The notes under the pieces are model-generated. The model made no database searches, was not told the origin of the DNA, and saw only the letters and a list, made by a program, of their open reading frames with translations. 64,000 nucleotides of DNA. It comes from Eledone cirrhosa (Eukaryota). The position numbers and the translations under genes are program-made. Location: NCBI GenBank assembly GCA_964016885.1, contig OZ024745.1, positions 52,018,001-52,082,000 on the forward strand. Reading direction: 5' to 3'. Below, one piece after another: positions 1 to 14,835 of this stretch (its first letter is position 1; every line of letters begins with the position of its first letter).

Positions 1-3000
1 ACCATAGACTACTTTCAGTTCTTGATATAACAAGTCATAGTTTCTTGTGACTGCATATGTCTATTTCCCGGAGACTGTACTGAATCTTAATTCAGCTGTG
101 GTAGAAGGCTACATTATTTTGAGAGAAAATAGGGTACTAAGTAGGGCTGGAATGCTTACCGCCTCTAAGTAAGGAACTCTTCTATTTCACTCTTATTATC
201 ATCAAAACTCTCTTCACGAATTCAAGCGATTGTTGAGCAAACTGCATAAAAATGGAGCAATTATCTAGTGGTGGATGGCTGGAGGAAATGGGAGAGGTCA
301 CTCGATTATTGACGGGTGGGCGAAGAAGAAGGAAAGAAAATAACCAGGTATATTTTAAGTAGCGTAGAAGGGGATTATATATAAATATATATTTGTATAT
401 ATATGTATGTATGTATGTGTGTGTGTGTATGTGTGTATGTGTGTGTGTATGTTTGTGTGTGTGTGTGTGGATGTGTGTGTGTGTGCGAGCGTGTGTGTAT
501 ATGTATGTATGTATATGTTGCCCTTACCATGTGCATTTATTGTGAACTGTATTGATAAATGCAATTATTTCGTTAATGAATATACTTAATCTAAATTATT
601 TGGAATAATTTCAGTATCTTAGTTCTTTCAAGATTTGAAGCATATTAAGTCGTATAATGCAATTTATAACATAGATTTCAACAAATCGCCTGCTGAAAAA
701 TAATAGAATTTTAACCTGATTATATAAACTGGTTTTTAAAACTGTCAATAAAATTGTAAAAATAAATCACTGACATAAAATATATTATTTTTCCTTTACG
801 TATTGTTGTGCTTTTATATGTTTATATTTATGAGCATGCGTAGCTTAGTACATGTTTCATTTTTCGTTTTTCTATTTCACTCTGCTCGTTTATCTAAGTC
901 TTGTCAACATTTCACTGGTAATTTAATTTAAATATGAAATGTTTTGCAGCAAAATTAATGTTTAACTTGAATAAATTGGATTTCACATCTTGCCGTATCC
1001 GTTGCAATTTGTTGCTTAAATCATATTGTTTCACCGGTAATCACATATTAATATATTTAATTCCCAACAGATTCGCAAAGATTTATGCCTTACGTTATCA
1101 GTTACATGAAAGAAATATATTGTGAAGAAAACAAACCAAAATTCAGGCTGTTTCATTTCCTTCTACAATATATGTGAATATCTCTAATAGCTTAAATATA
1201 TTATTATACGTTTCCAAATTTCCATTTTCTGTCACTCTTCAACACTCGCTCTCCAATTCTATCCGTTTGTCAATTCCTTATTACCCTTCTATATTTCTTT
1301 CCCACATAACTATTTATTTGTCTACGTCAATCAGTTGTATAATATTTTATAACATTTCACTTTATTGGAAAAGCAACCGAAAAGCTATTTTATCCTACAT
1401 AATTTATAAAAGTTACCCTCAAACTCTAATATCAACTCTATAATATTTAAATAAGAAGCAATTATATTAGTGATAGCTAGAGATACAGAGACAAACAGTT
1501 ATGGATCTCTTGTGGTTGGTAGTATCATAAAGCTTATCGCATTTGAAATATGATATTCTGCTGCTTGTTTCCATTTATGTTGTAAGAGATATATTTTCAT
1601 AAATGCTGAAAGATATATACATATTTCTATGCATGGACATTCCTTTAGAATGTTCTGCCCTAGAATATTCATAAGATCAGTTTTAGAGATCACCGCCTTC
1701 CTAGGATATAACCTTTTCGTGTCAAATACGTTTATGTTTCATATATTAGCATGTTCTGCTTGAGTTACTTTCCCTCGCGCCTAACATGTTTAAGACATAT
1801 TTCGAAATTATTACATTTGGATAAAAGGGCAATGTGAGTACCATAATTGACGATTCTTGGACAAGATATTATAATTATTTATGGTACAATTTTAGGTTCT
1901 GCGCTCAAATCACAATATTAGATTCATCTTTTTAATCTCCGATAAATAAAACGGCTTATCTACTACTCTAATTTAATCGGTCTAACAAGAAATGCATATT
2001 CATACAAAACTAACCTATTTTGCTCATGTAAAAAAATTAATTGACCACCAGCAATGAGTAAACTTCATGCTCAAATATTACCTGTGTTTCAATATAATCA
2101 ATAAATTTCACATAAAGGACAATGATATTCTGGTGGGAATGCAGACTATGAATATCCATTGTCATTACGCAAACTTCAATATTTATTTCTCAATAATTCT
2201 TATCAAATTGCATAGAAACATTAGATTATCAAATTTCATCATTCCTAAAATCCTTAATATTTTATTCAAATATAAGTCCCAATAACATTTTTTTAAAGGA
2301 ATACTAATGACTCTTCCGAAATTGGCAAAACAAGTTTCAGAAATAAATTGAATTTTCGAGAGTTCATTTCAAATTTCCCTGTAACCTATATCGATAGATA
2401 AGTTAAAATTTTATGTGCATTGTAGATTCATTCTCGCCGAAGCAGTTAAATGTGCACATTATATATTTCTAATTTTTTTGATAATATAATCTTAGAAAAA
2501 ATATAAATGTGGATATATAAACATGTCATTTATAGAGGGTACTTTTAAATAATGCCTTTAAAAGATCAATGGTTCCCTGAGGCAATACTATATATGTAGC
2601 TGTATTCCTCATCTTAATTTCATTCTCAACATACAAATCCTTTAGTCATATTGGATGGAAATAACGCTATATAGATATGGCGTGCGCGTGCATGAGTGAG
2701 TGTGTGTGGGAGTTTGTGTATGTTTATATTTGTGTGTGTGTTTGTAGATAGGGAACACATACATAGACATGTACAATACAACGTTTATTAAATCTATGCT
2801 ACGTTTAATGGAGACACAACATAGTGATCTTATTTGTAAAGTAGACTGTGCAATAATAAAAAGATAATTCGAGAATATATGTTATTTCTTCCTTTCAAGA
2901 AATACATAAGTTATTGTTATCTTTAATCTAACAGCTTCACATTATGGACGATGACCCTTTCCAATATTTGCATTCTCTGGTCACACTTGTTAGACTATAT

Positions 3001-5293
3001 TTCATGTCAAAAACTTGCGGTAAAGCTATTAACTTTATGCTAACATACATTCTAAACTCCTGAACCTGCTCAACGCATCAAAATATACATTAATTATATA
3101 GAATAGTAATTTATGACTTTCGTTGCAAATTGACTTTCCGATAGGCGATAAGTAAATGTAAACTATTTAACGAATGCTGTTCATGGAATTTGGACTGGTC
3201 AGTAAATTCCTAACTTTTATTTGATTTAGTTTTTATTCTGTTTGTTTTGGGGAGCGTAGAATTACTTGTTGAAAAGCCAATTAGTTTTAAATCACGTAAT
3301 GATCAAATCATATGTCTTTGTTTTTCTGGGTGCGAATGGATTATTAACAATTTACATTTTCCTTTCACAGACAAATTAAGTTGCACTGACATAAAAAATG
3401 ACTGGTTATCAATTCTCTTCATGTCATGTAGATGATAGACAAACAAGTCAGGTGGATATTCAAATAAGTTTGAAACGAAAAAAAAAAATTACTAATTTTC
3501 TAATCCTTGTGTGAAGAGGATAAGAAAGTTTGCTACCATTTGTTCATTTTTACAGTAAAGTTTATAAGTTAAATTGTAATAATTACTACATTAATTTTTA
3601 TTATGTGTATGTTTGTGTGTTTGTTTATGAGTGTGTATGTGTTTTTTTTTCTGATTCTGTATAAAATATTATGGCCCAGTCTCAATAATGGCTACTTCTA
3701 ATGGAAAAGCAATCAGATTAGTAACTATTTTCCTTAGCTTGTAATTTGCCGAACGTCCCCGAAACAGTTCTACAATTAATGTATTCCTCAGGTGTTGTTA
3801 ACGTGTCTCTCTGTCCGATATTATTATGTATGTGCGTTTACGCATTTAATTGAAACGGGAGTATATTGACTTTGAACATATTAATAATGCAGAAGTGATA
3901 GTGAAACTCATCAGTAGAATTCATAGAAATAGGTCTGAAATATTCTAACATAAATAAAATAATATATACTCGCGATTTCATAGTGGCGACATTTCATTAT
4001 TTTATTGTGGTGTCTAAACATTTCCACATCAACATTTTAAATACCATTGAAATATCACTTAACGCTCGCTTACTATATTGTCTCCACATTTTTTCTCTTT
4101 TCCCGTCGAATAATTACAATATTATTTTATACGGACGTATTTCCTTTAAAATATAAAACTGTAAAATATATAATATAGAGTATGAGGCACTAGAATAATG
4201 TAAATGACGAATAAATGAAAATCAATTGTAATTACGGAGTCATTAAATTTTAAGAGCGTATAAAATTGCGAAGTAAAATATGAAAATAAAGTTAAAGTAA
4301 TAAAGCAATAAATAATACATTTATTAATGGAGCATAGGGATTTATATTTAGTACACCATTTGGCTTTCAAATTCAAGAATATTTAAATATTCCATTTATT
4401 ATATAGGTTCGTACTGTTATTTTACATTTGTATTAGTTTTCTTTAACATTCTACTATTTACGATGGGATTCCCATATATATAATTGATAATTTAAAATCC
4501 CATGACGATATTCGGTTTCCTTTAAATTTAGTCTAGTTTTTATTCTGTAAATTCTCCACATGTCTTAGAAATGATGGAGTAAATTATACAGATGTATTTA
4601 TTCTGATTCTGATTACACTTGACCATAATCATAGTACGTGAAAAGGACAATGATATAGGTATATAGGGTGTATGGATGCAGACATGTCAACACTCCTCGT
4701 CGGACGGAGAGATCTGCCACCCACTTTAGAGTGAGTTGGATACGTCTTCACTTGTGAAAATTGGGTATGGCTTTCATTATGTATAATCTCCCCATTTTCC
4801 CTCATTTCTCCCCGTTTTGGGGCACTGTTTCATGGTACACTGCGCTTGTTTCACTAATCCTTAAAGTTTGATATGTAATATTGAATGATATAAACTAGTT
4901 AAGAAAACATTAAAAAAATATCTACTGAAAGCAGGGAAATGTTTCATATTGATAGCGGTAACTAACGGTGTTTATACATTTCTAGAAAATGTAATTAGAT
5001 AAATAAATTACCAGTTAAACATGTAACTTCAAACAAAAGGAAATATACCTATAATGTAAGTTTTAACATTATTTATAAATGAACGTTGATATAAATAAAA
5101 TTTATTTGGTAGCAGTTTTATATACTCCCATTGATAAAAAAAAAAGTTAAAATAGGTAACTACACTCTGCATGTTTATTTCTGAGAAAGTGGGATATAGG
5201 TGGCCAATATTTAAACTAAAGCATCTTTAGAGAAAAACGTCCAGTACCTGAAGGTAACTTTTCAGTTACACTTATTTACTTTTATAAATCAAG

Positions 5294-5793
5294 TAGCAGT
5301 GGTACCCTGCGTTGCACGGGATAAGGTATTTTGGAAGGCGGGCCGCCAACAGACCTATTCGTGGAAAAACAGCATGCCTGAACAATATGTAAAGAAAATA
5401 AACCAAATATTCTGAAGGCTGGATAATCTTTAAGACTTTCCTGATGAAACAGGAAAAATGCAGGTTTTACATAATGCGGGACCCAAGCCATAAAAAAGTT
5501 GGATTTCTTTGCTCGCGGTATGAAGAATAGACGGACTAATACATAGTTACAATTTGAAGGAAATCAGTCTGAGGTAACGCCTAAAAGAACACTAAAAAGC
5601 TGAAAAAAACCCAGGTTTTCACCTAATGCGGGCCCCAGAAATGAAAGGGTTGAATTTTTCATGTCCATAACACTCCATGAACCATAAGAAATACACATGT
5701 AAAGTTTGAAAAAAATCGGTTGGGTACTTCTCGAATTTTAGGGATTCAAACTCACAGACACATACACACAGATCCTCAGTTTTAAAGATATAG
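5294..5793 (+). mobile_element. Non-autonomous Helentron/DINE-1-like element
   Basis: 5' TAGCAG..ACCCTGCGTTGCACGGG short hairpin, internal duplicated block (GGTTTT..TAATGCGGG.CCC), AAGTTTGAAAAAAATCGG motif, 3' ACAGAC/ACAC microsatellite ending ..ATATAG. This layout is typical of DINE/HINE elements. Confidence 0.55.
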
Positions 5794-8451
5794 AATACTG
5801 GTTGCTAACATTTTAATTGTTTTATAAATTTATTATTGCCATATTGACAGCAAATTTCCTGATGTTCAATGTTATGTAATTACGTAGATTTCAATGGGAA
5901 ATTTTGTCGTGTATTCGTTGTTGTTCAGAGGAAGATATTGAACAGATGATGGCAATTCTAATGTCAAAGATTAGAATATGAACATTTTGTGCTTTGTATT
6001 TGTGAAAAAAAAACGACCGATTATATGAACTCAAAATGATCTTTTCTAATTTGAGTACTAACATTATGTCAAAACAATCACTTTTGTATATTAATCGTGT
6101 TTAGAGTGCTTACTTTTTCCTGGAAATATATGTTTTTAATGGGTAAAATTATACTGATAATCTGGCAGAAATGTTAAGGTTCTCTTTTAGCTTAGCTATC
6201 ACCAAACGAAAGAATATTTTCAAATTGGTCTATATGCAAATTATCCAGTATGTACGTAAACAAAAAACAGTTGGACATAACTGGAGGCACTTTGCATCGG
6301 CAAACAATTGTCACAGAATTTATACAGCTGTGTGTGTACGTAGAATTGAAAATATGGATCATGAGTTGAAAATGATATGCGAAAGTAGAAGGCTACGTAG
6401 TTGTAGTTAACGAATTAAAATGTTAACATTATTTTTGTATCAGCTTATGCATATATATCAATGAAAATACTTGAGGGATGACAATGTCTTTGCATGTAGA
6501 AAGAAACAAAAAAAGATAACTTTTAATCGCTCAGAATGAAAAAAAAGAGGATGAGAGCGTCCATAACAATTGTCAAAGCATTTGACGGAAATGGACGGAA
6601 ATGGACGAAAATGTAGGAAATGCAGAAGTTATCTTCAAACAATAGAAATAGTCCGGATAATTGGCTCAGATTGTGAGATGCTCAATACACCTAAGGCCTA
6701 GATGGAGCTGTTAAACCAGAAGATATTTTAATTTTTTCCATCAACTAGACTCTGGTAAGATATTATCTCAGAGCATAAAGAGCCGCAACATATAGCGCAA
6801 CGCTGTTCTTCCAATGTTCTACTGATTCTGTGAGGCAGCCTCCCTAGTTTAATCATTCATTTATTTTCGCTAGAGGATTGAAAGGCGAATTAACTTAAGC
6901 GGATTGTTATTCAATTCACAAAGACCTGGAATGAATGCAGTAAAACATTTCATCTGAATCTCTAGCGCATTCACTTCATTACAGTCTATATATATAATAT
7001 CTATAATAAAGTTAATAGTTCTTAAAATACGTAAATTTAACATCTATCTGTATTTGATGATTTGCAGTTTGATTTTTTGCTCATGTCCTAAACAAGATTA
7101 AAAAGTAAGATTTTGGACATATTATACACATTTGACTTTGGAATATATATGAACAATATATGTTGTAATAAGTAAACAATATTAAAATAAAACTAACTTA
7201 GTAACCCAACAGTCTTTATCTCCCTGTTTGCAGAAAAATACTAGACTGACCTAACCATGTGTTCATAAGAGGCAGAATGTGTTCATAAGAGGCAGAATGT
7301 TTATCTTCTGTACAACGATGATTCGGTGTGTATAGTTATTTAGTTATATTTAGAGTAGGCTGAAAAGTATTTAGTTAGAATGGCTATCGTACTTCAGACA
7401 AATATTCATAAGTAATATTCATAAGTAATATTCTGATTTGTTCTACTATTGGTACATGTATGCCCTTTTTCTAAATCGTATCTATTTACGTCACTGTACC
7501 GTCTGTTTGCCACGTCTACCAAACTTCACAGAGGAAATGTTACACTGATGTAATGCACCAGGTTAGCTTGAGGTAACTGAGGGTTACACGATCACAAAAA
7601 AACGCACTCAAAACAACATACAATGCCTCATCACTGTATCGCTACCACAATAACATAGATGTCATTTTTACGAAACAAGTTTGTCGATGAATTTATTAAG
7701 TAATTTTACAGGGGAAAACAAGGAAATGCAATTGCAGAAGAGACAATATTTTGTGTATATGCATAGTTTAGGCATCTCAATTATAGTTTATGCATCTCAG
7801 TACATCAAGAGTAATTTTGGGGAGTATAGAAACATTTCGTTTAAAAAATCCAATATTAGAGACCATGCGATATGAACACAAGATTTTTACTCTCACCCAT
7901 TAATATTGTTTAGTATAAACTTAGAATTTATTTTATTATTGGTTCTTTGCCATTTCATGATATTTCATAGTAAGGACAATGCTAGCAGATCTCGGTGTTG
8001 GATTCATTTCTAAGTTTTATATTCGGAAAACCTGTTCCTGAACATATTTGTTCGGGAAGGGAGACGTTCGTGAAATTAGGTTCCACTGCACATGGTTTAT
8101 TTCCGCGTTTTTCTTATAGTATTAGAAGTGTTGTTATCCCTAGATTATACCAATACGTTCCTTTTACTACACCATTCGCGGTCGCTGAATGATGTAGTGA
8201 AGTTAAAGCCGAGAGGATAAAAGGTACGCAAACGTTATTCCGTATCAAGGAATGAAAGATAAAATAATAGGGCACGAAAGATACGCGTTGTAAAGATAGA
8301 TAGGAAGTCATCTTGGGAGAAGGAAAGTATTTTCAATTTAAAACTTCTAATCCATTCACAATTTTATATTATTGTATATAAACCTAATAAATATAAACCG
8401 AAAATCGAGAACGAGACACACACACACACAGACATATATTTATATATATAT

Positions 8452-8580
<129 letters not shown>

Positions 8581-9397
8581 AAGTGAGTGTGAGAGAGAGG
8601 GAGATAGGAAAGGGGCAGGGTTGTTTAAGTAAACAATTTCCCGAATTTCTTATATTTGTACAGCATTTACCTTTTCATGCATTAATAAAAAAAAAATCGT
8701 AATGAAACAAATTGAGTAATAAACGAGAGAAAAACAGAAACCAAAAAATGCCAATTGTAAAAAGGAAAAGGAAAACTTAAAGGCAAAATTCTTGAAGTGA
8801 CGCTAGGGGAAGTAGAAGGAATTTAATGACATGAAAAGAAATAGTTTGTAATTGCCAGCAAAAAATATTGAATTTCAAAATATTTTGATGGGTGTTTCAA
8901 TTTGTAACAACGTACGTAATTTGTCATGTGCAACCAAGATCAAAGAATACCCGATTACAATTTCAAGTCGTTCGAATTGTAGGATGATATTAATACATTT
9001 TTCACACACATATAATCAATCGCTGAAGCAATATATATGCTATGAATTTCTGCACATTACTTATTACCACCCTAAATACGATGATACATAATATGGTTAC
9101 TTCATGCTTTAATCATTATATGAATTTACGTAATGTGTAATATTAATGGTATCAATATTAAATGATATATAGGATGTTGGGTTGGCAGAATTGTTATAGT
9201 ATCTTTCAGCATGCACGTCGGGATATAGTTACGGCTTTTATATTTTGAGATTTCGAATCTTGCGGCTGTTTGCTTCTTCTATCACGTGTAGAAGATTCGA
9301 TAATGCACTGAGAAAATTTAATCTACTTTCTCTCGCCCAAATGTGTTGGCCTAGTGCCAAATCAGAAACCATTATGCCATGAAACATCGGGTATTGG

Positions 9398-9592
9398 ATT
9401 GACTGTGTAGGTAGAGCGTCGGACAACAAGATTTACGGCATATAATTACCTCCCTTTACTTTCTAATTTCAAATCCCGCCGAGGTTAGCTTTGCCATTCA
9501 CCATTACGGTGTTGATAGAATATCACTGGAGTCGATTTAATCGAATTTCCCAATTCCCTTCAAATGGCTGGCATTGTGCCAGAATTAAAAGC
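9398..9592 (+). mobile_element. Meta-domain tRNA-derived SINE, diverged copy
   Basis: TTCAAATCCCGCCGAGGTTAGCTTTGCCATTCACC..GCTGGCATTGTGCC; similar to the copy at 12738. Confidence 0.75.
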
Positions 9593-11132
9593 TAAAATAA
9601 AATGATATTTAATATTCATGAAATAATAATAATTCAAATAAATATCTTCTTATTTATGCATCAGTCTTATTAAAACATTAGGTGTCTTCAACGAAACAAA
9701 CCAAACTGTTTGACTTGTTTTACCTGCAGTAAGCAGTTTCACATAGTAATGCTCGTACCTGTGTGAATTAACCATAGCTTAGTTAACTGAGACGTGATAC
9801 GTAGGCTTATTCTGACTAAGAATAATTTTAGAACACAAATCGTTGAAGATTTCTCACACAGATTTTTGATTATATATTAAAGTTTAATCTATGATTAAAC
9901 GGATGACAAAGATTTACAAAAATGTAGGGAAGGTAATAAGCAATCTCAGCAGCGATGGTAACTGGACAACACGTGTATATACTCCGGTTTTATTTAATTT
10001 CTAGCAAAATACGCATATTTATATTTCTAATTAAAAGAATGAAGAGTTTCAAATTGAGGTGATTTGACTTGCTGAGCATATTATTCAAATCTACAAAACC
10101 TCACAGGCTACTTGTCGAAAGATGAAAAGCAAAATCTGATAAATCAGTCTCTCGTATACAAACGGCTGATAGCTGAAACTACTTTCCCCATAGATGTGCA
10201 CAGTCAGAACTGAGTTGATGCAACACAAATATAAAGCTTTTGTACATAGAGACCATTACTTTTTGTATCGATTCGGGCTGTAAAACCTTTATCAATTCAT
10301 CATATATCACTATTCTTCTTTTCGGTATTAAGGTTTTATACAATTCTGGAGAGAAATGAATGTATGATTGCATTTGTATGTGAATCAGTGATGTTTATAA
10401 TGGGTTTTCAACGAAAGAGTCGAATGAAATTGTGCGTGTACTGCTAGAATGTTATTTTATTGTTTAGAGACACGAAATTATTACTCTCCTTTCCACTGCA
10501 TCTAATTGCCCTGAACTAACATACACTTATTTTCATTCTCCTTTAGATGTTCTTCTCTTTTCATACCACAAAATTGTCGAGTAAGCAAATAAGGCATGGG
10601 GCGTAATTGCCACATCAACATGAATGCAGCAATACGAGCGCTGATAATAAAGCATGGAACTGATATGAAAACGCATGAAACAATCTTTGTATGCAGGGCT
10701 GAAATTATATCGTATTTGTCTGTTATTAATTTTGGATTTGTGTTCATAAGTAGAATGTTAAAAAGCGTCACTTTATTTCATATTTCATTGCATCAGAGAG
10801 AGGAGATTCAAATGAAACATTCCCAACGATAGCATATAATCAGTATTTCTATGTCCTTTATTTCCGGATTCCGTATACGATGAAAAGAGGGAATTTCTAA
10901 AGACTGTTCATAAAAACATCGTTCCGCGCAACTTAATCAAAGATTGCAAACAATTAAACATAGGGCGGTAGTTATTAGATTATATTTCTATATACTGAAA
11001 TTAACGTAAACCCTAAAATACAAAATGTGGTCTATTGCGAATATATATTCTGTATTTAAATTAATGTGTAACAAATAGAAACAGTAGGTCATATGAACGC
11101 ACAAACACACACACACATCTAAATATATATAC

Positions 11133-11164
<32 letters not shown>

Positions 11165-11258
11165 GATAATAATGATGGCTGCGCGTTGCAAATGGTGGTG
11201 CATATGAAAAAGTAAGTCCTTCATCAGTGACCCTCCAACCGTCCCAGGCATTTCATCG

Positions 11259-11334
<76 letters not shown>

Positions 11335-11357
11335 AAACAGTAAATAGAAATAAAGAA

Positions 11358-12277
11358 GAGGTACCGGCCTGCCCACCTAGCCGGCGTCATCTTATGATTA
11401 CAACAGCACGAAGAAAAGGGCCTCAGTACCCTGCGCGTCAATCGGGCCACTCCACGACGGCGGAGTGCAACGCGAGCGACGAGAGGCTGTTGAGAATCAC
11501 AGGTTCCCAAAGGCCGCCAGGGAACAGGACTAACCTTGCAATATACACCTACAACTGCAGGTCTTTGGCGGGGTGCAAGGACTGAACCACCTAATGGAGG
11601 AGAAGAAGAAGATCAGATGCGACGTGTTAGGACTGTGCGAGACCCCACAGAACCCCAGAAAAAGGAGGCGAGTTCGCGATGGCATGATGGATGCGCCGGG
11701 AGACTCGGGAAAGCAGAGGGTGCCAGATCGGTCGGAGGTATATGGTTCATCCTAAGCAAGGAATGCGCTTCGAAGGTAGCTTCTTGCCAGTTCATATCGT
11801 TACGGATTGGTGTACTAAACGCGAAACTCTCAGGGAAGGCCGCCCTCAAGATCGTCCAGACCTACGCTCCCACAAGTGCCAGCAACGACGATGAGGTGGA
11901 AGAATTCTATCGCCAGCTAGACAAAGTGCTAGCTGTGAACTCCACTTACACCGTCGTAATGGGAGACTTCAACGCAAAGGTCAGACAAGGACGGCAAGGG
12001 GAAGAGTATGTCGGAAGATTCGGCCTAGGAGAGCGAAATGAGAGAGGAGAGCGTCTGGTCACCATGGCGGAGGCGAGACGGCTCTACATCGAAAACAGAC
12101 TATTCAGGAAGAAAAAGGAGAAGAGATGGACCTGGGTATCGCCAAATTCTGAGCACCGAAACGAGATGGACTACATCTTGGTCGACAAGCGACGCATACT
12201 GCAGGACCTCTCCGTCATAACGCCATTCAACACTGGCAATAATCATCGTCTCGTGAGGGCGAAGTTCGTTATCGATC
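11358..12277 (+). pseudogene. RTE-clade LINE 5' fragment (APE endonuclease only, frameshifted)
   Basis: Motifs TYNCRSL, DVLGLCET, QTYAPTS..DDEVEEFY, VMGDFNAKV, GRFGLGERNERGERL, WTW.SP...RNEMDYIL, NHRLVRAKF across ORFs 11394, 11573 and 11536. No RT follows. Confidence 0.9.
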
Positions 12278-12530
12278 GTATGACGGCATTGGTGAGTACC
12301 CACATCTTTGGTTATCCAGACCACTGTATTACCATTACACCAACACATCACTCATATATGAAAAAAACAACCTGAACCCCCCCCCCCTTTATTTGAAGAG
12401 ATTTGTATCGCGAACTGGCGCGAAATTTATTATACTTATTCACCCACCAATCAAATTACTTCTCTAAAATCCTGGCATTTTGAGCCACTCTTTTCCATAT
12501 AAAACAACTAACATTCAGAGACCAACCAGA

Positions 12531-12736
12531 TGTGAGAAATACCACAGATCCTCCATCTGAACTCTACTTTTGAAAAGCACAAGAACTGCGAAAGCGAAAA
12601 GGAACCAAATAAATATATATTTAAAACAAAAAAGACTCCAGTTGCATTTTCGATTTCATCTTTTTTTCATATACTTTCACTCGTTTAGGACACCTCGGTA
12701 ATTTTTAATTTTGTAAAAAAAAACCTCACTTTCTAA
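12531..12736. repeat. Unclassified ~200-bp dispersed repeat, copy 1
   Basis: Aligns by eye to 23637-23842 and 53501-53638 (GAACTGCGAAA..AAGGAACCAAATAAATAT..AAAGACTCCAGTTGCATTTTCGATTTC). Confidence 0.8.
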
Positions 12737-12737
12737 T

Positions 12738-12912
12738 GGATTGGCAGTATCGGTAGAGGGGTCGGACGCCTTGCTTTCCAGCATAGTTACGTCCCTTTAC
12801 GATCTGAGTTCAAATCCCGCCGAGGTTGACTTTGCCTTTCATCCTTACGGGGTCGATAAAATAAAGTACCAGTAATGTACTGGTTAATTGCTGGCCTTGT
12901 GCCTAAAGTAGA

Positions 12913-12917
<5 letters not shown>
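12738..12917 (+). mobile_element. Meta-domain tRNA-derived SINE
   Basis: B-box-like GAGTTCAAATCCC followed by GCCGAGGTTGACTTTGCCTTTCATCCTTACGGGGTCGATAAAATAAAGTACC (MetaSINE core); several copies in the window. Confidence 0.85.
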
Positions 12918-12948
<31 letters not shown>

Positions 12949-13032
12949 CGAGAAGCGAAAACCAACCAAACAGTGAGTGTGTTCTGTTATTAATTCTGGC
13001 AATATTACACAAATATGACCCTCCCCTAGTAT

Positions 13033-13085
<53 letters not shown>

Positions 13086-13086
13086 T

Positions 13087-13765
13087 TATTGAGCGCTTGC
13101 CAACATTTCTACGATTTTGCGTTTCGTTTCGCTTTTTCTACCAGCCGAAATACGATTCTCGCTGAATTATATTTGTATTAATCTCCCGTTAATAATCTCC
13201 TGTTAATAATTCTATTGACAGATTAATTGCATAAGTTTATTTTTAAAACTACCCGGTTGAGTGGTTATTCGATTCGTGCTATGTATACAATTTTTTGTAT
13301 GAGATACATATACTGAATTCATTTGCCAAAATATGGGGAATTTCCCCTTGTGACTTACGCATGTCTGTTTACAAAGTTCTGCGTCACTTGCAAAGTTGGT
13401 TACAGAGCAAAATTACCTGTTGATAACGTGATTATCCCTGTTCGATATTTATGCTGAAAGCTTATAGTTTTAAGCAGACAGTATTTTTGATTTAGGTGTC
13501 ATAGAAACCCTGCATTTGGATTTTACCATCTATTCCATTTGGGTCCAGGTTTTTATCATTTATTTTGTTTGACCTGTTCAGCTTGATTTGTTTTTTGGCT
13601 CAGGTGGTTAATGCCTTCCTAACCACTTTTTCCGTTTGTACGGCGTTTTAACATATTGTTTAGCTCTTGTTTTCTTAACTATTGAGCGCTTGCCAGCACT
13701 TCTACGATTTTGCGTTTCGTTTCGCTTTTTCTACCAGCGGAAATACAATTCTCTCTGAATTATAT
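13087..13765. mobile_element. Non-coding element with ~85-bp terminal direct repeats (period 593), between (TA)n runs
   Basis: TATTGAGCGCTTGCC..TCTACGATTTTGCGTTTCGTTTCGC..CTGAATTATAT at 13087-13172 and 13680-13765. Confidence 0.7.
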
Positions 13766-13768
13766 ATA

Positions 13769-13826
<58 letters not shown>

Positions 13827-13827
<1 letters not shown>

Positions 13828-14835
13828 TAGAAATAGATTGACATATATATATTTATAAAACAAACATATGGAACAATCACAGGGAACAATTTGTAAAGTA
13901 TGTAAGCTCACATAGCTAGGTAGGTAACCAATTAAAGTTTAACTAGAACTTAAAATATAAATACTTTTTAAAATGATTAATCTCCTTTGTATATATTTCT
14001 TTAAATGCAAAATATATTTCACCAATGAATCAGTAAATTACAGTAGTCAAATCCAGGATGGTCACCAAAGAGACGAAATAACCATCTGCATTTACAAAGC
14101 AAATGCAATTCTGTGAATGACTCGAACCACGTGTTGCATTTTTTTTAAAAACACACATCGCACAGCGTCATGCCAGTGGCGTGAATAGGATTATCGACAG
14201 CTAGAAATAACAGGTGAGTCCATTCAACTGAGTTAGCTCTACAACAAAGGGGCTGTATATATATATCCAAAATTAAATTAAGGGTTGTCATATCTGAGAG
14301 ACATGCGCCATATCCACTGCAGAATAAGCTTAAAGATTCCAATGAATAGATCCGAGCATTTCATATCAACTAGAAATAGATTGACATATATATATAAAAT
14401 AAACATGTGGAAAATCACAGGAACAATTTGTAAAGTATGTAAGCACACATAGCTAGGTAGGTAACCAATTAAAGTTTAACTATATATATACCTTTTAAAA
14501 TGATTAATCTCCTTTGTATATATTTCTTTAAATAAAAAAATATTCACCAATTAATCTGTAAATCAGAGTAGTCAAATCCTGAATGGTCACCAAAGAAGAA
14601 GAAATAACTATCTGCGTTTACAAAGCAAATGCAAATTTGTGAATGAATTGAATCACGTGTTGTATTTAAAAAAAATACAGACATCGCACAGCGTCATCCC
14701 AGTGGCGCGAATAGGATTATCGACAGCTAGAAATAGCAGCCGAGTCCATTCGGATCTATTCATTGGTATCTTTGAGCTTATTCTGCAGTGGATATGGCGG
14801 ATGTCTCTCAGACATGACAACCCTTAATTTAATTT

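Noticed and set aside
1-5290. Short ORFs in AT-rich unique sequence
   Set aside because: No motifs or coding bias visible; consistent with intronic or intergenic DNA.
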